From NCBI GenBank assembly GCA_023265135.1, contig JAHFUM010000004.1, positions 53,036 through 85,035 on the forward strand: 32,000 nt of DNA. The letters run 5' to 3'. Position 1 is the stretch's first letter, and each line of letters opens with the position of its first letter. This DNA comes from Nitrosarchaeum sp. (GTDB lineage Archaea; Thermoproteota; Nitrososphaeria; Nitrososphaerales; Nitrosopumilaceae). The notes beneath the pieces are model-generated. The model saw nothing but the letters and a program-made list of their open reading frames with translations. It was not told the origin of the DNA and did not search any database. Of this stretch, positions 9,150 through 17,672 are shown in pieces. The translations under genes were made by a program, and so were the position numbers.

Positions 9150-9298
9150 AACTAGTTTTATCAGTAGATATATTTAATTTGAATCTAGTCAAAAAATATC
9201 AAAATAAAAAATATGTTGATCGCATTACGTCATAAAACGAATTCAGAAAATCAGAGAACAATAATTCACAAAGCATTAGCAAAAATCAGAACACAGAA

Positions 9299-9559
9299 TT
9301 AAGCGTCAAATACGTCAATTGTGACTTTGCTTACCATTGGGTTGTAAATGCGCAGATCATCACAGATTTCCTGGACTTTGGCTTTTGCAATTTTTTTATC
9401 TTTTTCTTTAATTGTAAATTTCAGCATTTTTGCAGTTTTGATTTTAGATATTGATGAATGCGTGCCTTTCAATACAAGGTCATTTAGAATGGTTTCACCT
9501 TCTGGGTCACTGATTCCAGGTTTGTTTTCAATGGTCACATGAACGTTAAAAATAGCCAT
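9299..9559 (-). CDS. purS: FGAM synthase PurS subunit
   Basis: About 86 aa. VHVTIENKPGISDPEGETILNDL is the PurS signature. The ATG at 9559 is preferred over the TTG at 9565. Confidence 0.9.
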   Translation of the reverse strand: MAIFNVHVTIENKPGISDPEGETILNDLVLKGTHSSISKIKTAKMLKFTIKEKDKKIAKAKVQEICDDLRIYNPMVSKVTIDVFDA

Positions 9560-9767
9560 TAACAATTTGCAAAATTAAAAAGAGGTTAATCTATCTTCCT
9601 ACAAGATTTGAGATTTAATACTTAAATTCAGAAACAGATACCTGAATAACCCCAATATGGGATTATTTTTGAAATCCAATTTCTTTTTTCATTAATCAGA
9701 GAATAGAAAATTCAAAAAATATAACAAGAAAATAAAATCAAATGAAAAAAAGGAAAAAAATTCATCC

Positions 9768-10340
9768 TTAAGGGGATGACGTTGGGATGCTTGACTCATC
9801 AAATCCTTGATGTTGCATCATATTTTTGTCCCCACATTCATGCATTCCAGGTGAACCAAAGTCATGCATTCCATGTTGACCAAATTCATGCATTCCCATT
9901 GGGCCAAATGGCATATCGCCAAATGATTTGATTGACTTGCCTTCGGATTTATTTAGAACACTGCCATTACCTGCATCAATTATAATTTTGTAGCCAGTAT
10001 CATTTTTTGTATCTATGACAAAAAATGTGTAAACTAGATACCCTTGCTCAATACCTACGTGTCCTCCAACTACGGAGCCATCTTGTATTTGTTTTTCTGC
10101 AGTTACAGCAGCATCAGAAAAGGATACTTTTTTGTTATCATTGATGTAGTTTTTGATTGTGTCTTTTACATTCACTGAACCAGTTATCACGGGTTTTTGA
10201 TTCACTGAAGAGTCGGGGGAAGCAATTTGAGCTATTGCCAGCATTGGATTAAACATTGTTAAAACAACGGTAAGCAATGCAATTCCTAATACCCCAGGAA
10301 TGATGATTTTTGGATTTTTGAATGTCTGAGATTTTGTCAT
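9768..10340 (-). CDS. Membrane-anchored PepSY-domain protein with C-terminal His/Met-rich FGxxGMH(E/D) repeats
   Basis: TM anchor (IIIPGVLGIALLTVVL). PepSY-like core (AAVTAEKQIQDGSVVGGHVGIEQGYLVYTFFVID...IIIDAGNGSVL). Tail FGPMGMHEFGQHGMHDFGSPGMHECGDKNMMQHQG. The track start at 10382 is TTG. The ATG at 10340 (or 10364) is preferred because a 16-bp palindrome spans 10370-10385. Confidence 0.75.
   Translation of the reverse strand: MTKSQTFKNPKIIIPGVLGIALLTVVLTMFNPMLAIAQIASPDSSVNQKPVITGSVNVKDTIKNYINDNKKVSFSDAAVTAEKQIQDGSVVGGHVGIEQGYLVYTFFVIDTKNDTGYKIIIDAGNGSVLNKSEGKSIKSFGDMPFGPMGMHEFGQHGMHDFGSPGMHECGDKNMMQHQGFDESSIPTSSP
9838..9909 (-). repeat. Three degenerate 24-bp tandem units (tcatgcattcc...) encoding FGxxGMH(E/D)
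   Basis: Units at 9838-9861, 9862-9885 and 9886-9909, each beginning tcatgcattcc. They are in frame. Confidence 0.85.
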
Positions 10341-10369
10341 TATAGTATAAACGGAATTTTGCATAATAA

Positions 10370-10402
10370 GACTTGCTAGCAAGTCATACGTAACAATGTT
10401 AC
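10370..10402. promoter_or_regulatory. Two adjacent palindromes (16-bp perfect GACTTGCTAGCAAGTC, then GTAACA-A-TGTTAC) upstream of the PepSY gene: candidate operator
   Basis: Read directly: 10370-10385 and 10390-10402. They lie 30-62 bp upstream of the ATG at 10340, just upstream of a TATA-like CTTATTATG on the minus strand. Confidence 0.35.
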
Positions 10403-10701
10403 CTTATCTTTAAGACTCATTTTCGATGATTTTTTTTTATGATTCAAGCAGGTTATGAAGTATGCAAACAAATAACAAGACAAATACCAACAAATTTACT
10501 CTACAAATTAGAATGGATGAATTGTTTAAGGAGTTGTTTTTCCGATATTGAATCCCATTTTTACTCTTCTAAAACAAAATTCAGAACAAAATCTAGAATC
10601 AAATGAATGTGGAATTAATCGAGATGACATTACATGGCACAAATTAAAGGTGAACCAAACTGGTACGTGAATATCGGGATAGAATTTACATTAGGAAGGA
10701 T

Positions 10702-10959
10702 GTGTTGTTGAAACTTTACGAATATGGTGAAATGAATCAGAGTAAACTGATGAGCATTTGTGGATTAAACAATGTGAAGCACAAGGAGATCTTAGATGAG
10801 ATGGTAAAAAAAGAGATGATAGAGCGAAAAGATGAACCGTGGGGAAATAAAATCACCATAAAATATAACATATCCCAAAAAGGAAAGGATATCCTTCGTG
10901 CAGTTTTAGAACCATATGAGGAATTATTCCCAAGAGAAAGCAAAGAGGGAGAAAAGTAA
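10702..10959 (+). CDS. Small winged-helix DNA-binding protein (archaeal HTH_45-like)
   Basis: LLKLYEYGEMNQSKLMSICGLNNVKHKEILDEMVKKEMIERKDE...YNISQKGKDIL matches the small archaeal wHTH pattern. The GTG start is uncertain, because the family-like N-terminus continues upstream (see findings). Confidence 0.65.
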   Translation: MLLKLYEYGEMNQSKLMSICGLNNVKHKEILDEMVKKEMIERKDEPWGNKITIKYNISQKGKDILRAVLEPYEELFPRESKEGEK

Positions 10960-11438
10960 TGTCAAAAGATAAAAAGAGTCGAGAAAATTTATTTGAAATT
11001 CTAGATGGGATGATGATTAATCTCAGTAGAACAAAAAAGATGTTCATGATAATGATTCTAACAACATTGATCATACCTCCAATAGCTTTGTTGGTGACCA
11101 CCACTCTCTTTGACTCTCCATTTCATGAAAAATTTGAGGAAAAATTAGAAGAGCGACTTCAAAGACAATTAAATGCAGGATTAATAACTCATGATGAGTA
11201 TCTTAGTATCAAAGAAAAAATAACTAGTCATGAAAAACCAAATCCATTACTACGACCACCTGAATTTACAATATTTGTAATTTCTTTGATATGGTTAGGA
11301 ATTGGAGTCAGACAGTGGATTGTATTATCAAAATGGGATAAAAAATACAAACAGTTCAAAGAGAAGCAAAAAGAGATTGATAAAAAATTTGAAGATGGAT
11401 TTGATAAAGATTCAACAACGGATTTAGAAGATAAATAA
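10959..11438 (+). CDS. Two-TM membrane protein with SHOCT-like motif
   Basis: The ATG overlaps the upstream stop (TAATG). TM helices MFMIMILTTLIIPPIALLVTTTL and FTIFVISLIWLGIGV. LNAGLITHDEYLSIKEKI resembles the SHOCT motif. Confidence 0.6.
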   Translation: MSKDKKSRENLFEILDGMMINLSRTKKMFMIMILTTLIIPPIALLVTTTLFDSPFHEKFEEKLEERLQRQLNAGLITHDEYLSIKEKITSHEKPNPLLRPPEFTIFVISLIWLGIGVRQWIVLSKWDKKYKQFKEKQKEIDKKFEDGFDKDSTTDLEDK

Positions 11439-11553
11439 AAAGCACATTGAGCACATCAGATATTTTGCAAAGCACCTCAATTATATTTCCATATTACAGA
11501 TATCCTACATTTTGAAATTAGTTGATAAAAAAATTGGAGGTAAAATAAAAAAA

Positions 11554-12333
11554 TTAGTTGCTTCCAATAAGGAAGACAACGTTGACACTATTACTCACAT
11601 CTTGATCTGATGTGAATATCGGTGTTGGTGCAGCTGATTTTTCCATTGCTCCATAAGCCATGTCATACATTGGTCTTGGATATGGTATTGAAAGCTCAGA
11701 TAGAGACATCTCCTTTACTCCGATTATTTTGTAACCTAGTGGAGTTAACGCTTTTTCTGCTTTAGATTTTGCATCTAAGACGGCCTTTTCTAAAAGATCA
11801 TCTTTGAGTTTAGAAGTAACTTCTGGAGATAATGAAAAAAATACACTATCTACTCTGTTAACTCCTGCATTCACTGCACTATCGATGATTGTAGCTACAA
11901 GGTCAAGTTTCTCAGTTTTTACAGTCACAATGTTGCTTACTTTATAGCCAACAAGTTTTTGTGTGTAAATTCCAGTCTCTTTTTCCTGTATGCTGTCATA
12001 AACAGGATAGATGCTAAACTGAGAGGTACCAATTTCTGAATCACTTAGACCGACTTGTTTTAAAGCGGTTACTACGTTATTCATCAATTCAGAGTTTGCC
12101 GCAAGTGCGTCTTTAGCAGTTTTTTCTTGAGTTTCAACACCAAAACTAATGTTTGCAAGGTTAGGCGCTACACTTGAAAGTGCAGTTCCGGTCACAGAAA
12201 TTACTTTTTCCCGGGATGGGAATGGAGTGACCTCCTGTGCGTTTGCATTTGGAGCAATTGAAATTGCGCTCATAGTCACAGAGACTACCAGAACGGTAAT
12301 TATTGCTGCAATGATTTGTTTTGAATGTTTCAT
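11554..12333 (-). CDS. SIMPL/DUF541-family secreted protein
   Basis: VISVTGTALSSVAPNLANISFGVETQEKTAKDALAANSELMNNVVTALKQVGL... is typical of SIMPL/DUF541. The ATG at 12333 gives a signal anchor (MKHSKQIIAAIITVLVVSV). The track start at 12390 is TTG. Confidence 0.8.
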   Translation of the reverse strand: MKHSKQIIAAIITVLVVSVTMSAISIAPNANAQEVTPFPSREKVISVTGTALSSVAPNLANISFGVETQEKTAKDALAANSELMNNVVTALKQVGLSDSEIGTSQFSIYPVYDSIQEKETGIYTQKLVGYKVSNIVTVKTEKLDLVATIIDSAVNAGVNRVDSVFFSLSPEVTSKLKDDLLEKAVLDAKSKAEKALTPLGYKIIGVKEMSLSELSIPYPRPMYDMAYGAMEKSAAPTPIFTSDQDVSNSVNVVFLIGSN

Positions 12334-12423
12334 AATATACCTTATAGATTTTTGTAGATAAGGTTTGATTAAATTTTGTTTTAACAACAAGTCTTAATAA
12401 GATACTACTAATTTGATTTTTTA

Positions 12424-13137
12424 ATGAAAGACGATGTAGAAGACGATCCAGTTGGAATTTCAGACAGAGTCGAAATTCTATCAACAGAAGATCAAAAAAT
12501 AAAAGCAATTGGAGAAATATTAAGTTCAGATTCAAGTAGGGAAATTTTAAAACTTTTGTTCAATGATTCGTTGACGGCAAACCAAATATCACTAAAGACA
12601 ACCATTTCATTACCACTGGTAATTTATCATTTAAAAAAGATGCAAGAATCAGGAGTAGTAAAAATTACAAGTATCGGAAAAAATACAAAATCTCACGATA
12701 TGAAATTTTACACTGTAGACAAGCTTGCAATAATAATATTGCCATCAAAAATGTCAGAGCCTGCAAAAAAGAGCAAATCTCTTTTTAATTCATTTACTAG
12801 AATTCACAGACTGGCCACACTTGGTGGAGTTTCTATAGCTGCATGGTTTTCATCACAAATTATCCAAAAAACAATGGAATCAAGATTAGATCAAGGAGCA
12901 CAAACACCGATGATGGATGCTGTGCCTTCTGAAGCGCCTCAAGCAGCCCTTAAGTCAATGCCCACACAAGGGGCAGAAAGTGCAATATCTGCAGCTGTTC
13001 CAGTACAAACACCTGACCCGTTAGTTCAGTTCTTATGGTCTGCAATAGTAGTATTGGCTGTAATAGTTACAGGTCTTGTTATTGAAGTAATAATTTCTAA
13101 AAAATACAGCTCCAAATCAATCAAGAATGTCTCTTAA
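12424..13137 (+). CDS. Membrane-tethered ArsR-type HTH protein
   Basis: ArsR-like HTH (SREILKLLFNDSLTANQISLKTTISLPLVIYHLKKMQESGVV). This is followed by TM (LATLGGVSIAAWFSSQII), a P/A/Q-rich linker and a C-terminal TM (FLWSAIVVLAVIVTGLVIEVII). Confidence 0.7.
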   Translation: MKDDVEDDPVGISDRVEILSTEDQKIKAIGEILSSDSSREILKLLFNDSLTANQISLKTTISLPLVIYHLKKMQESGVVKITSIGKNTKSHDMKFYTVDKLAIIILPSKMSEPAKKSKSLFNSFTRIHRLATLGGVSIAAWFSSQIIQKTMESRLDQGAQTPMMDAVPSEAPQAALKSMPTQGAESAISAAVPVQTPDPLVQFLWSAIVVLAVIVTGLVIEVIISKKYSSKSIKNVS

Positions 13138-13255
13138 AATTATAAAAACAAAATTAAAAATATTTTTGTGAGTTAAAGACAAGCCAAAGAAGAGAATTAT
13201 AACATAAATTACCAGACATTGGAATTTATATCAGATTACTTAAGAATACCATATA

Positions 13256-13720
13256 TTGTCAAGATCAAGATATTGGAAGATTACTTCAGATGAAATGCAG
13301 AAATTCGTCTATAATGAAGAAAAATTACTAAATTGGGAAATTAAATGCGTTAGAGAGCCAGATGTAGAAGCAATCTTCATCGGGGTTTTCATGTATAGAA
13401 ACGGTACACCATATGACTATGAATCAATTAAGGGCATTACCTATTATTATAACAACATTCAAAGAAGCGAATTACCTTCCATCACAAGTTACCTTCAAGA
13501 GAGATTTGGAGGAAAAGAAATGGAAAAAGGAGAAAGGATATTTCTCAAAGGTTCTAAAGAAATCTATTCCAGTAATGACATAGCAGCATTAGCAAAAGGT
13601 ATGGAACAAAAATTTAAGACCAAAGCCATCATTTCCTTAGAATTCCAAGATTTGAGCCTTGAAGAACTTAAAAATGCGGGATTGCCAGAATCAAAACTAC
13701 TTCCAATCCCAGGCAAATAG
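13256..13720 (+). CDS. Hypothetical protein
   Basis: 154-codon ORF ending 30 bp upstream of tatC. TTG start in the track, with the first ATG at 13295. No recognised motif. Confidence 0.5.
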   Translation: MSRSRYWKITSDEMQKFVYNEEKLLNWEIKCVREPDVEAIFIGVFMYRNGTPYDYESIKGITYYYNNIQRSELPSITSYLQERFGGKEMEKGERIFLKGSKEIYSSNDIAALAKGMEQKFKTKAIISLEFQDLSLEELKNAGLPESKLLPIPGK

Positions 13721-13750
13721 ATAAAACAGTTTAAGACAGATGGGTTTTAG

Positions 13751-14551
13751 ATGTCATCAATTGAAGGTATCAATCATCACCTTGAAGAATTAAGAAAACG
13801 AGTTATGCGGGTCATCATAGTATTGGGAATAATTTTTGCATTTGTAATTTCATGTCATTTATACCCAATTGATGTTGCAGGAGTTCACCTATACTATCCA
13901 TCAATAGACCCGATCAACAATGTTGCTGCACAAATTACAAAACATATGAAAAATAGTCTTGTTCCAGAAGGAGTTCAATTAATACAAACAGAACCAGGAC
14001 AAGCTCTATTTGCTCAAATTTATGTCGCCGCACTTGTGTCCATAGTGGTTGGAATGCCAATGATAATCAAAGAGTCAGTGGGATTCATCAAACCAGCATT
14101 AAAAGAACATGAAATCAAAGTTACACGTAGTATTGCACTTCCTGCATTAGCACTATTTGTAGCAGGTTGTATCTTTTCGTATTTTTTAGTAATTCCATAC
14201 ATGTTAGAATTTCTTTACATGTATGGAGATGTGTCAGGGTTGGTCACATTTCTTAACATAATGGATTTCATTACTTTCGTTTTACAATATTTGCTTGCAT
14301 TTGGAGTTTCATTTCAGCTTCCATTGATAATGTATGCATTATCAATGTCAGGAATAGTAGGCGATAAATTTTGGAGAAAAAACATTAGATATGCAATACT
14401 AGCAATTGTAATTTTTGGCGCAATAGTTACTCCAGATGGAAGCGGTGTCACCATGTGGTTTATCTCAATACCCATGATGGCTCTGTATCTTGGAGGCATG
14501 ATAATAATTGAGCATAAAAAACGTAAAAAAGATTTAAATCTCAAATCATAG
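13751..14551 (+). CDS. tatC: Twin-arginine translocase subunit TatC
   Basis: HHLEELRKRVMRVI N-terminal signature, six predicted TM helices, 266 aa. Confidence 0.95.
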   Translation: MSSIEGINHHLEELRKRVMRVIIVLGIIFAFVISCHLYPIDVAGVHLYYPSIDPINNVAAQITKHMKNSLVPEGVQLIQTEPGQALFAQIYVAALVSIVVGMPMIIKESVGFIKPALKEHEIKVTRSIALPALALFVAGCIFSYFLVIPYMLEFLYMYGDVSGLVTFLNIMDFITFVLQYLLAFGVSFQLPLIMYALSMSGIVGDKFWRKNIRYAILAIVIFGAIVTPDGSGVTMWFISIPMMALYLGGMIIIEHKKRKKDLNLKS

Positions 14552-14563
14552 ACTAAAACTCAG

Positions 14564-14773
14564 ATGATACTACAAAGTATTTTTCTTGCAATGCCGGGCA
14601 TAAATGAGATCTTGATAATTTTAGTTTTGGCTGCTGTTTTTATCTTTGGAGCAAAGAAAATACCAGAGCTAGCTAAAACTATGGGTAAGGCAAAAGCAGA
14701 ATTTGAGAAAGGCAAGATCGAAGGGCAAAAAGAGCTTAATGATCTAAAAAATAAAGAAGAAAAGTCGGATTAG
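14564..14773 (+). CDS. tatA: Twin-arginine translocase subunit TatA/E
   Basis: INEILIILVLAAVFIFGAKKIPELAKTMGKAKAEFEKG matches the TatA TM helix plus amphipathic helix. The true start may be the internal ATG at 14591. Confidence 0.85.
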   Translation: MILQSIFLAMPGINEILIILVLAAVFIFGAKKIPELAKTMGKAKAEFEKGKIEGQKELNDLKNKEEKSD

Positions 14774-15198
14774 CATTCGGCAATTGTTACAAATTTATCA
14801 ATAATTTTAGAATACTCAGTTGGGAACTTGGTTTTATCAAAAAGATTAGAGAGTCTCATCACACCTTTTAGTTTCCAATCAACCTCAAGGGTTAACTTTG
14901 TACCATATGGAATTTGTTCATATCGATTAATGATGTGAGTGCCTTTTGCATCACCACCAATAACAAAAATTTCATGTAGTATGGGCTCATCAATTACATG
15001 TTTTACCATCATAACTAATTCTTGTCCTGCAATACGTAGATGTTCTTCAACAACAGACGTGTTTCCACGTACAGAGATAATTCGGATAGATGGATATTGG
15101 GATGAAAGAATTTTTTGAAAATTTTCATAATTTGTCGAAAGTTCAAAAACTTTTTTTCTATCTGCCTTTATGATTTTTTCAAAAATAATTTTTGACAA
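14770..15198 (-). CDS. SRPBCC (START/COQ10/polyketide-cyclase-like) ligand-binding protein
   Basis: 142 aa. IIKADRKKVFELSTNYENFQKIL... is the typical SRPBCC N-terminal pattern. It lies 7 bp downstream of ubiX. Confidence 0.7.
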   Translation of the reverse strand: MSKIIFEKIIKADRKKVFELSTNYENFQKILSSQYPSIRIISVRGNTSVVEEHLRIAGQELVMMVKHVIDEPILHEIFVIGGDAKGTHIINRYEQIPYGTKLTLEVDWKLKGVMRLSNLFDKTKFPTEYSKIIDKFVTIAEC

Positions 15199-15205
15199 TT
15201 ATAAT

Positions 15206-15763
15206 TTACAAAGTGCCCCAGCGAGGGTATAAACTGTGCTCTAGATCAAATTGGTCCAAGCATTTTCCAACACCGTGATTTACAATATCATCAATGGTTT
15301 TTGGTTTTGTATAAAATTCTGTAACAGGCGGTAAAATTACAACACCTAATCTAGATAGCTTGAGCATATTTTCAAGATGTATTGCAGAGAGAGGGGTTTC
15401 TCGGACCATCAAGATTAGTTTTCTTGATTCTTTAATTGTCACACCCGCTGCTCTTGCCACTAGAGTATCATCATACCCATTTGCAATTGCAGATAATGTT
15501 TTCATACTACACGGTGCAACGATCATACCATCAACTTTATGAGTCCCACTAGAAATGCTGGATGCCATATTTTTTTCATCCGAGACAGTATTTGCAAGAG
15601 ACTTTACATGTTCAAGTGTGAATTCAGTCTCCATAGAGATGCACTTGATAGCCCACTCAGACATTATCAGATGAGTTTCAACACCTAATTTCTTGAGAAC
15701 TTCTAACAAACGAATCCCATAGATAACGCCAGTACTGCCAGTAATGCCAATTACCAATTTCAT
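15206..15763 (-). CDS. ubiX: Flavin prenyltransferase UbiX
   Basis: GITGSTG, APCSMKTLSAIANG and RETPLSAIHLENML motifs. 185 aa. Confidence 0.95.
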   Translation of the reverse strand: MKLVIGITGSTGVIYGIRLLEVLKKLGVETHLIMSEWAIKCISMETEFTLEHVKSLANTVSDEKNMASSISSGTHKVDGMIVAPCSMKTLSAIANGYDDTLVARAAGVTIKESRKLILMVRETPLSAIHLENMLKLSRLGVVILPPVTEFYTKPKTIDDIVNHGVGKCLDQFDLEHSLYPRWGTL

Positions 15764-15830
15764 TGTAAATTATCTGATATGTTACAGTATTTTATCTATT
15801 AGATACCAATGCAAAGTTGGCACTTGCAGA

Positions 15831-15944
15831 CTAGACATCTTGCGGATCATCATGATGAATATCTAATTTACGCTCTTTTCTTCTTTTGAACCATAAAGAA
15901 ATTCCACCCACAGTCATTGCAGACAGTAAAATCACTCCGGCCAT
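15831..15944 (-). CDS. Possible 37-aa single-TM micro-protein
   Basis: My own translation gives MAGVILLSAMTVGGISLWFKRRKERKLDIHHDDPQDV. It has a TM helix and a basic patch, and sits in a 297-bp spacer. It is too short for the ORF track. Confidence 0.25.
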   Translation of the reverse strand: MAGVILLSAMTVGGISLWFKRRKERKLDIHHDDPQDV

Positions 15945-16060
15945 CTGTAGTTGAAGAGAATAGAACACATAGTTACCTTGGTTTCTATTAAGAAAAATCT
16001 TGTGATCAGAGCCAGATAATTGAAAATTAGCTATATTAGTTCCTGCTTTGTAGTCAATGT

Positions 16061-17152
16061 GTGATTAATAATTCTGAGATTAAAAAAATTGTAAGCCAAT
16101 ATTCGGATGTAAGAATAGGAGTGATGGGAAGCCATTCTGCATTAGAAGTAATGGATGGAGCAAAAGATGAAAATTTCCAGACTGTTGTTTATTGTCAGAA
16201 AGGCAGAGAAGAACCATATCAAAGATTCAACAGAATTGCAGATGAGATAATAATTTTAAATAAATTCAAAGACATGGCATCACCTAAAATTCAAAAAACT
16301 ATGAGAGATACAAACACTATAGTTATCCCGCACAGATCATTGACTGTATATCTAGGATATAAAACTCTAGAAAATTCATTCAAAGTTCCAATATTTGGAA
16401 ATAGAAAATTATTCCAAGCTGAAGAAAGAACTGCCAAACGAAATCAATATTATTTGTTAGAAAAAGCAAGAATAAAATTTCCAAAATTATTCAAAGATCC
16501 AAAAAGCATCAACAGACCATGTATTGTTAAAGTTCAAGAAATGAAAAGGCCATTAGAACGTGCATTCTTTACCGTATCGTCATACAAAGATTATAAAGAA
16601 AAATCTGAGGCAAAAATAAAACAAGGGTTGATTTCAAGAAAAGATTTGGAAAAATCAAGTATTGAAGAACTGGCAATTGGGACATACATGAATTTTAATT
16701 TCTTTCACACTCCAATATCAAAACAAGTTGATTTTATAGGAATTGAGCGAAGACTGCAAACTAATGTGCATGATTTTAATGCACTTCCAGCAAAACAGCA
16801 GTTGGACATAGATATTGATTTACAGAATATTGAAGTGGGTCACACCCCTGCAAGCATCAGAGAGTCATTACTTGAAAAAGTAATCAAGATTGGGGACAAA
16901 TTTGTGGCAGCAGCCAAAAAAGAGTACTCGCCAGGAATCATAGGACCGTTTTCACTGCAAAGTGTGATTACAAAAGATTTGGAACTAGTAGTGTATGACG
17001 TATCACTCCGGGTTCCAGGCAATCCAATTGTAGCAACTACTAGCCCATACACAAAATATCAATATGGTAAAACATTTGGAGTAGGTAGAAGAATAGCAAT
17101 GGAGATAAGACGTGCTCAAGACGAAGGTCGTCTTGATGAGATAGTAACATAG
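16061..17152 (+). CDS. purP: 5-formaminoimidazole-4-carboxamide ribonucleotide (FAICAR) synthetase, archaeal PurP
   Basis: IGVMGSHSALEV N-terminal motif, ATP-grasp-like body, 363 aa. GTG start, because there is no in-frame ATG upstream of the conserved GSHSAL. Confidence 0.9.
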   Translation: MINNSEIKKIVSQYSDVRIGVMGSHSALEVMDGAKDENFQTVVYCQKGREEPYQRFNRIADEIIILNKFKDMASPKIQKTMRDTNTIVIPHRSLTVYLGYKTLENSFKVPIFGNRKLFQAEERTAKRNQYYLLEKARIKFPKLFKDPKSINRPCIVKVQEMKRPLERAFFTVSSYKDYKEKSEAKIKQGLISRKDLEKSSIEELAIGTYMNFNFFHTPISKQVDFIGIERRLQTNVHDFNALPAKQQLDIDIDLQNIEVGHTPASIRESLLEKVIKIGDKFVAAAKKEYSPGIIGPFSLQSVITKDLELVVYDVSLRVPGNPIVATTSPYTKYQYGKTFGVGRRIAMEIRRAQDEGRLDEIVT

Positions 17153-17389
17153 AATTACATTTTATAATGTTTAAATTTTTTTTCAAATGCCTCAGAGGAA
17201 CAAATGAAAGACATATTTCTTAGATATGAAAACAATACTTGTTAATTGGCTAGATTAGGAAATATATTGAATACTTAACGTTTTGATTCAAATAATTAAA
17301 AGAACGGTTTTTGTTTGAATTAGAATGCTGGATGCCAGTTAACATCAAAATACAAACTCTTTATTGTCAGACTTTCATAAAATATACAA

Positions 17390-17650
17390 ATGCCAAGAAT
17401 AATTTACATTAGAGAAATAATCACAATTCTAAAAGAGCCAAAACTTTGCCCCACATGCCAAAAAGAAGACAGATTAGAAAAAAATATTATTTTTGAAAGA
17501 AGGTCTGATGGTCAGACAATACTATGTACACGTTGTGAAGCACTGACAGTAGTTACAAGTCATAACCTTAGAGAAGTAGAATTATCAGCTGCAAAAGACT
17601 ATCAAGTGATGTTAAAAGAGCCACATCTGATACGAAAAGTCACATATTAA
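17390..17650 (+). CDS. Small zinc-ribbon protein (CPTC...CTRC)
   Basis: 86 aa with two CxxC pairs about 30 residues apart. Confidence 0.5.
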   Translation: MPRIIYIREIITILKEPKLCPTCQKEDRLEKNIIFERRSDGQTILCTRCEALTVVTSHNLREVELSAAKDYQVMLKEPHLIRKVTY

Positions 17651-17672
17651 ATTTCAAATCTAAAAGATACAA

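Noticed and set aside
12161-12535. 124-aa minus-strand ORF spanning the SIMPL/ArsR divergent spacer
   Set aside because: It overlaps the 5-prime ends of two better-supported genes and the promoter spacer, and its product is low-complexity L/F/K-rich.
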